DNA of 64,000 nucleotides from Catajapyx aquilonaris (Eukaryota): NCBI GenBank assembly GCA_000934665.2, contig KZ538486.1, positions 62,001 to 126,000 of the forward strand, read 5' to 3'. Shown piece by piece: positions 63,001 to 64,000 of this stretch (position 1 is its first letter; each line of letters starts with the position of its first letter). The notes under the pieces were generated by a model. It saw only the letters and a program-made list of their open reading frames with translations, ran no database searches and was not told where the DNA came from. The position numbers and the translations under genes were made by a program.

Positions 63001-64000
63001 GCTGAAACAAGCGTCAAATGCATAACAAACGTGTTGTCCAAGTGCAAGTTCATGCCATTTTCTCTCTGCCAGTGACAGTTCCCAGATGCAAATTGGGTTG
63101 TAAGTGGACAGAAAACACACTTATCAGGATATGAGAATAAGCCAATACTCAAGTTACGAGTCTAATGGCCATGTTTAGCGCTGGATTTACACCCCTCCTG
63201 CCCCTGGCCGCCCTTAAAGCAGTTAAAGGGACACTTCACTCAAAATACAAGTTGACCTCAAAAAATCGGGCCAAAAATCCTGATTCCGAGGGTATAAGCA
63301 GTTTTCCTGAGAGACTAACAGTAAAAGGCCAGGGAGGGCCATCAAAGTTCGGCAATTCGAATCTGGCGCAAAAGAGCAGCACCACTCCCGGTCTGGGCAG
63401 AAATTGGGATAATCCTCGGCCATCTTTGGTCTACGCCGGTCGACGCCTTCTTTGGTCCGTGCCACAGTCTTCATCCGGCCACCTCCAGATCAGACCCAAC
63501 TTTCAGGCCTAAACCAGTTTCTCCTAGTACGTGGTGGCGGTGCAGACTAGTGGGGCCAACTGGGCCGGAGGGGCAGCTCATTAGCAGACGACGAGACTTT
63601 CATGGCTCGCCCTGGCCTTACCGTTCGTCTCACAGACAAACTGGTTATATCCTCGGAATCGACATTTTTTGCCCGATTTTTAGAGACCAACTTGTTTTTT
63701 GAGTGTCCCTTTAAGATCCTCCACCCCCCGTATGTCACGTAAAATTCAATTTTTCTCCTGTGCTCTTGCCTTTGTTTTATGTTATTTTATTTTATTTTTA
63801 AAAATATAATATATTCTAGCTTGTGGCCACCCCCAGGCAATTGCCTACTCTGCCTAGTGGAAATCTGGCGCTGTCCATGTGAATGATCATTGTTCATAAA
63901 GAAAAGTGCAGGAGCCTGCAGTAAAAAGTAATAAAATGCAATGCCCCCGTCTTTTGACAGCATTGCTCAAGTGATGCGGGACTCTGGCTGTGAAGTCCCA
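60096..64000 (+). CDS. DDX52: DEAD-box RNA helicase DDX52 (Rok1), 3' end outside the window
   Basis: [55 protein letters not shown]; last visible exon starts at 63961 ([14 protein letters not shown]). Confidence 0.96.
61244..61823. mobile_element. 580-bp almost fully palindromic element with Tc1/mariner-like ends in a DDX52 intron
   Basis: CAGGGTGGTCGGTAAATGGCGGACAAGCTTCAGG... is mirrored to ...CCTGAAGCTTGTCCGCCATTTACCGACCACACTG|TA; arms ~280 bp with a tiny loop near 61530. Confidence 0.92.
63176..63873. mobile_element. hAT-like MITE hosting a nested insertion, in a DDX52 intron
   Basis: Ends TAGCGCTGGATTT / AAATCTGGCGCTG; flanks GCCATGTT and TCCATGTG fit a decayed 8-bp TSD. Confidence 0.6.
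63227..63710. mobile_element. TTAA-targeting MITE with AGG termini (Kolobok-like)
   Basis: TTAA|AGGGACAC...GTGTCCCT|TTAA with ~120-bp imperfect TIRs. Confidence 0.85.

Noticed and set aside
1..64000. CRISPR arrays, operons or other prokaryotic systems
   Set aside because: The sequence is intron-containing animal DNA; the repeats are gene duplications, microsatellites or transposon termini, not repeat-spacer arrays.

Overview
Gene-dense eukaryotic DNA with many short (~55-100 bp) GT-AG introns, most likely from an arthropod; I cannot name the species from sequence alone. Both flanks hold conserved housekeeping genes, mostly as head-to-head pairs: FLOT2 exon 1/PPP4C, SIRT4/VPS37, DNAJC30, RAD51D, SNAPC5-like/MKS1, VPS53/TMX2 and DHX37/DDX52. 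Between them (~24.4-48.1 kb) lies a minus-strand tandem array that the ORF track largely misses. It has about 12 small spliced genes for secreted peptides with one or two six-cysteine modules (consensus about C-x3-5-C-x2-G-x2-C-x5-7-C-x3-P-C-x4-6-C-[VI]-P), pseudogene fragments, and two larger genes fusing WAP domains to the same module, one with a long Pro/Gln/Glu/Arg repeat tail and one with a GPI-like tail. A second highlight is a complete COX14 ORF on the same strand inside an MKS1 intron, where the MKS1 5' splice site overlaps a perfect TACTAAC branch point serving a COX14 acceptor. Several non-autonomous DNA transposons (some nested) and one tRNA-derived SINE are present. All gene models were spliced by eye and need RNA confirmation.
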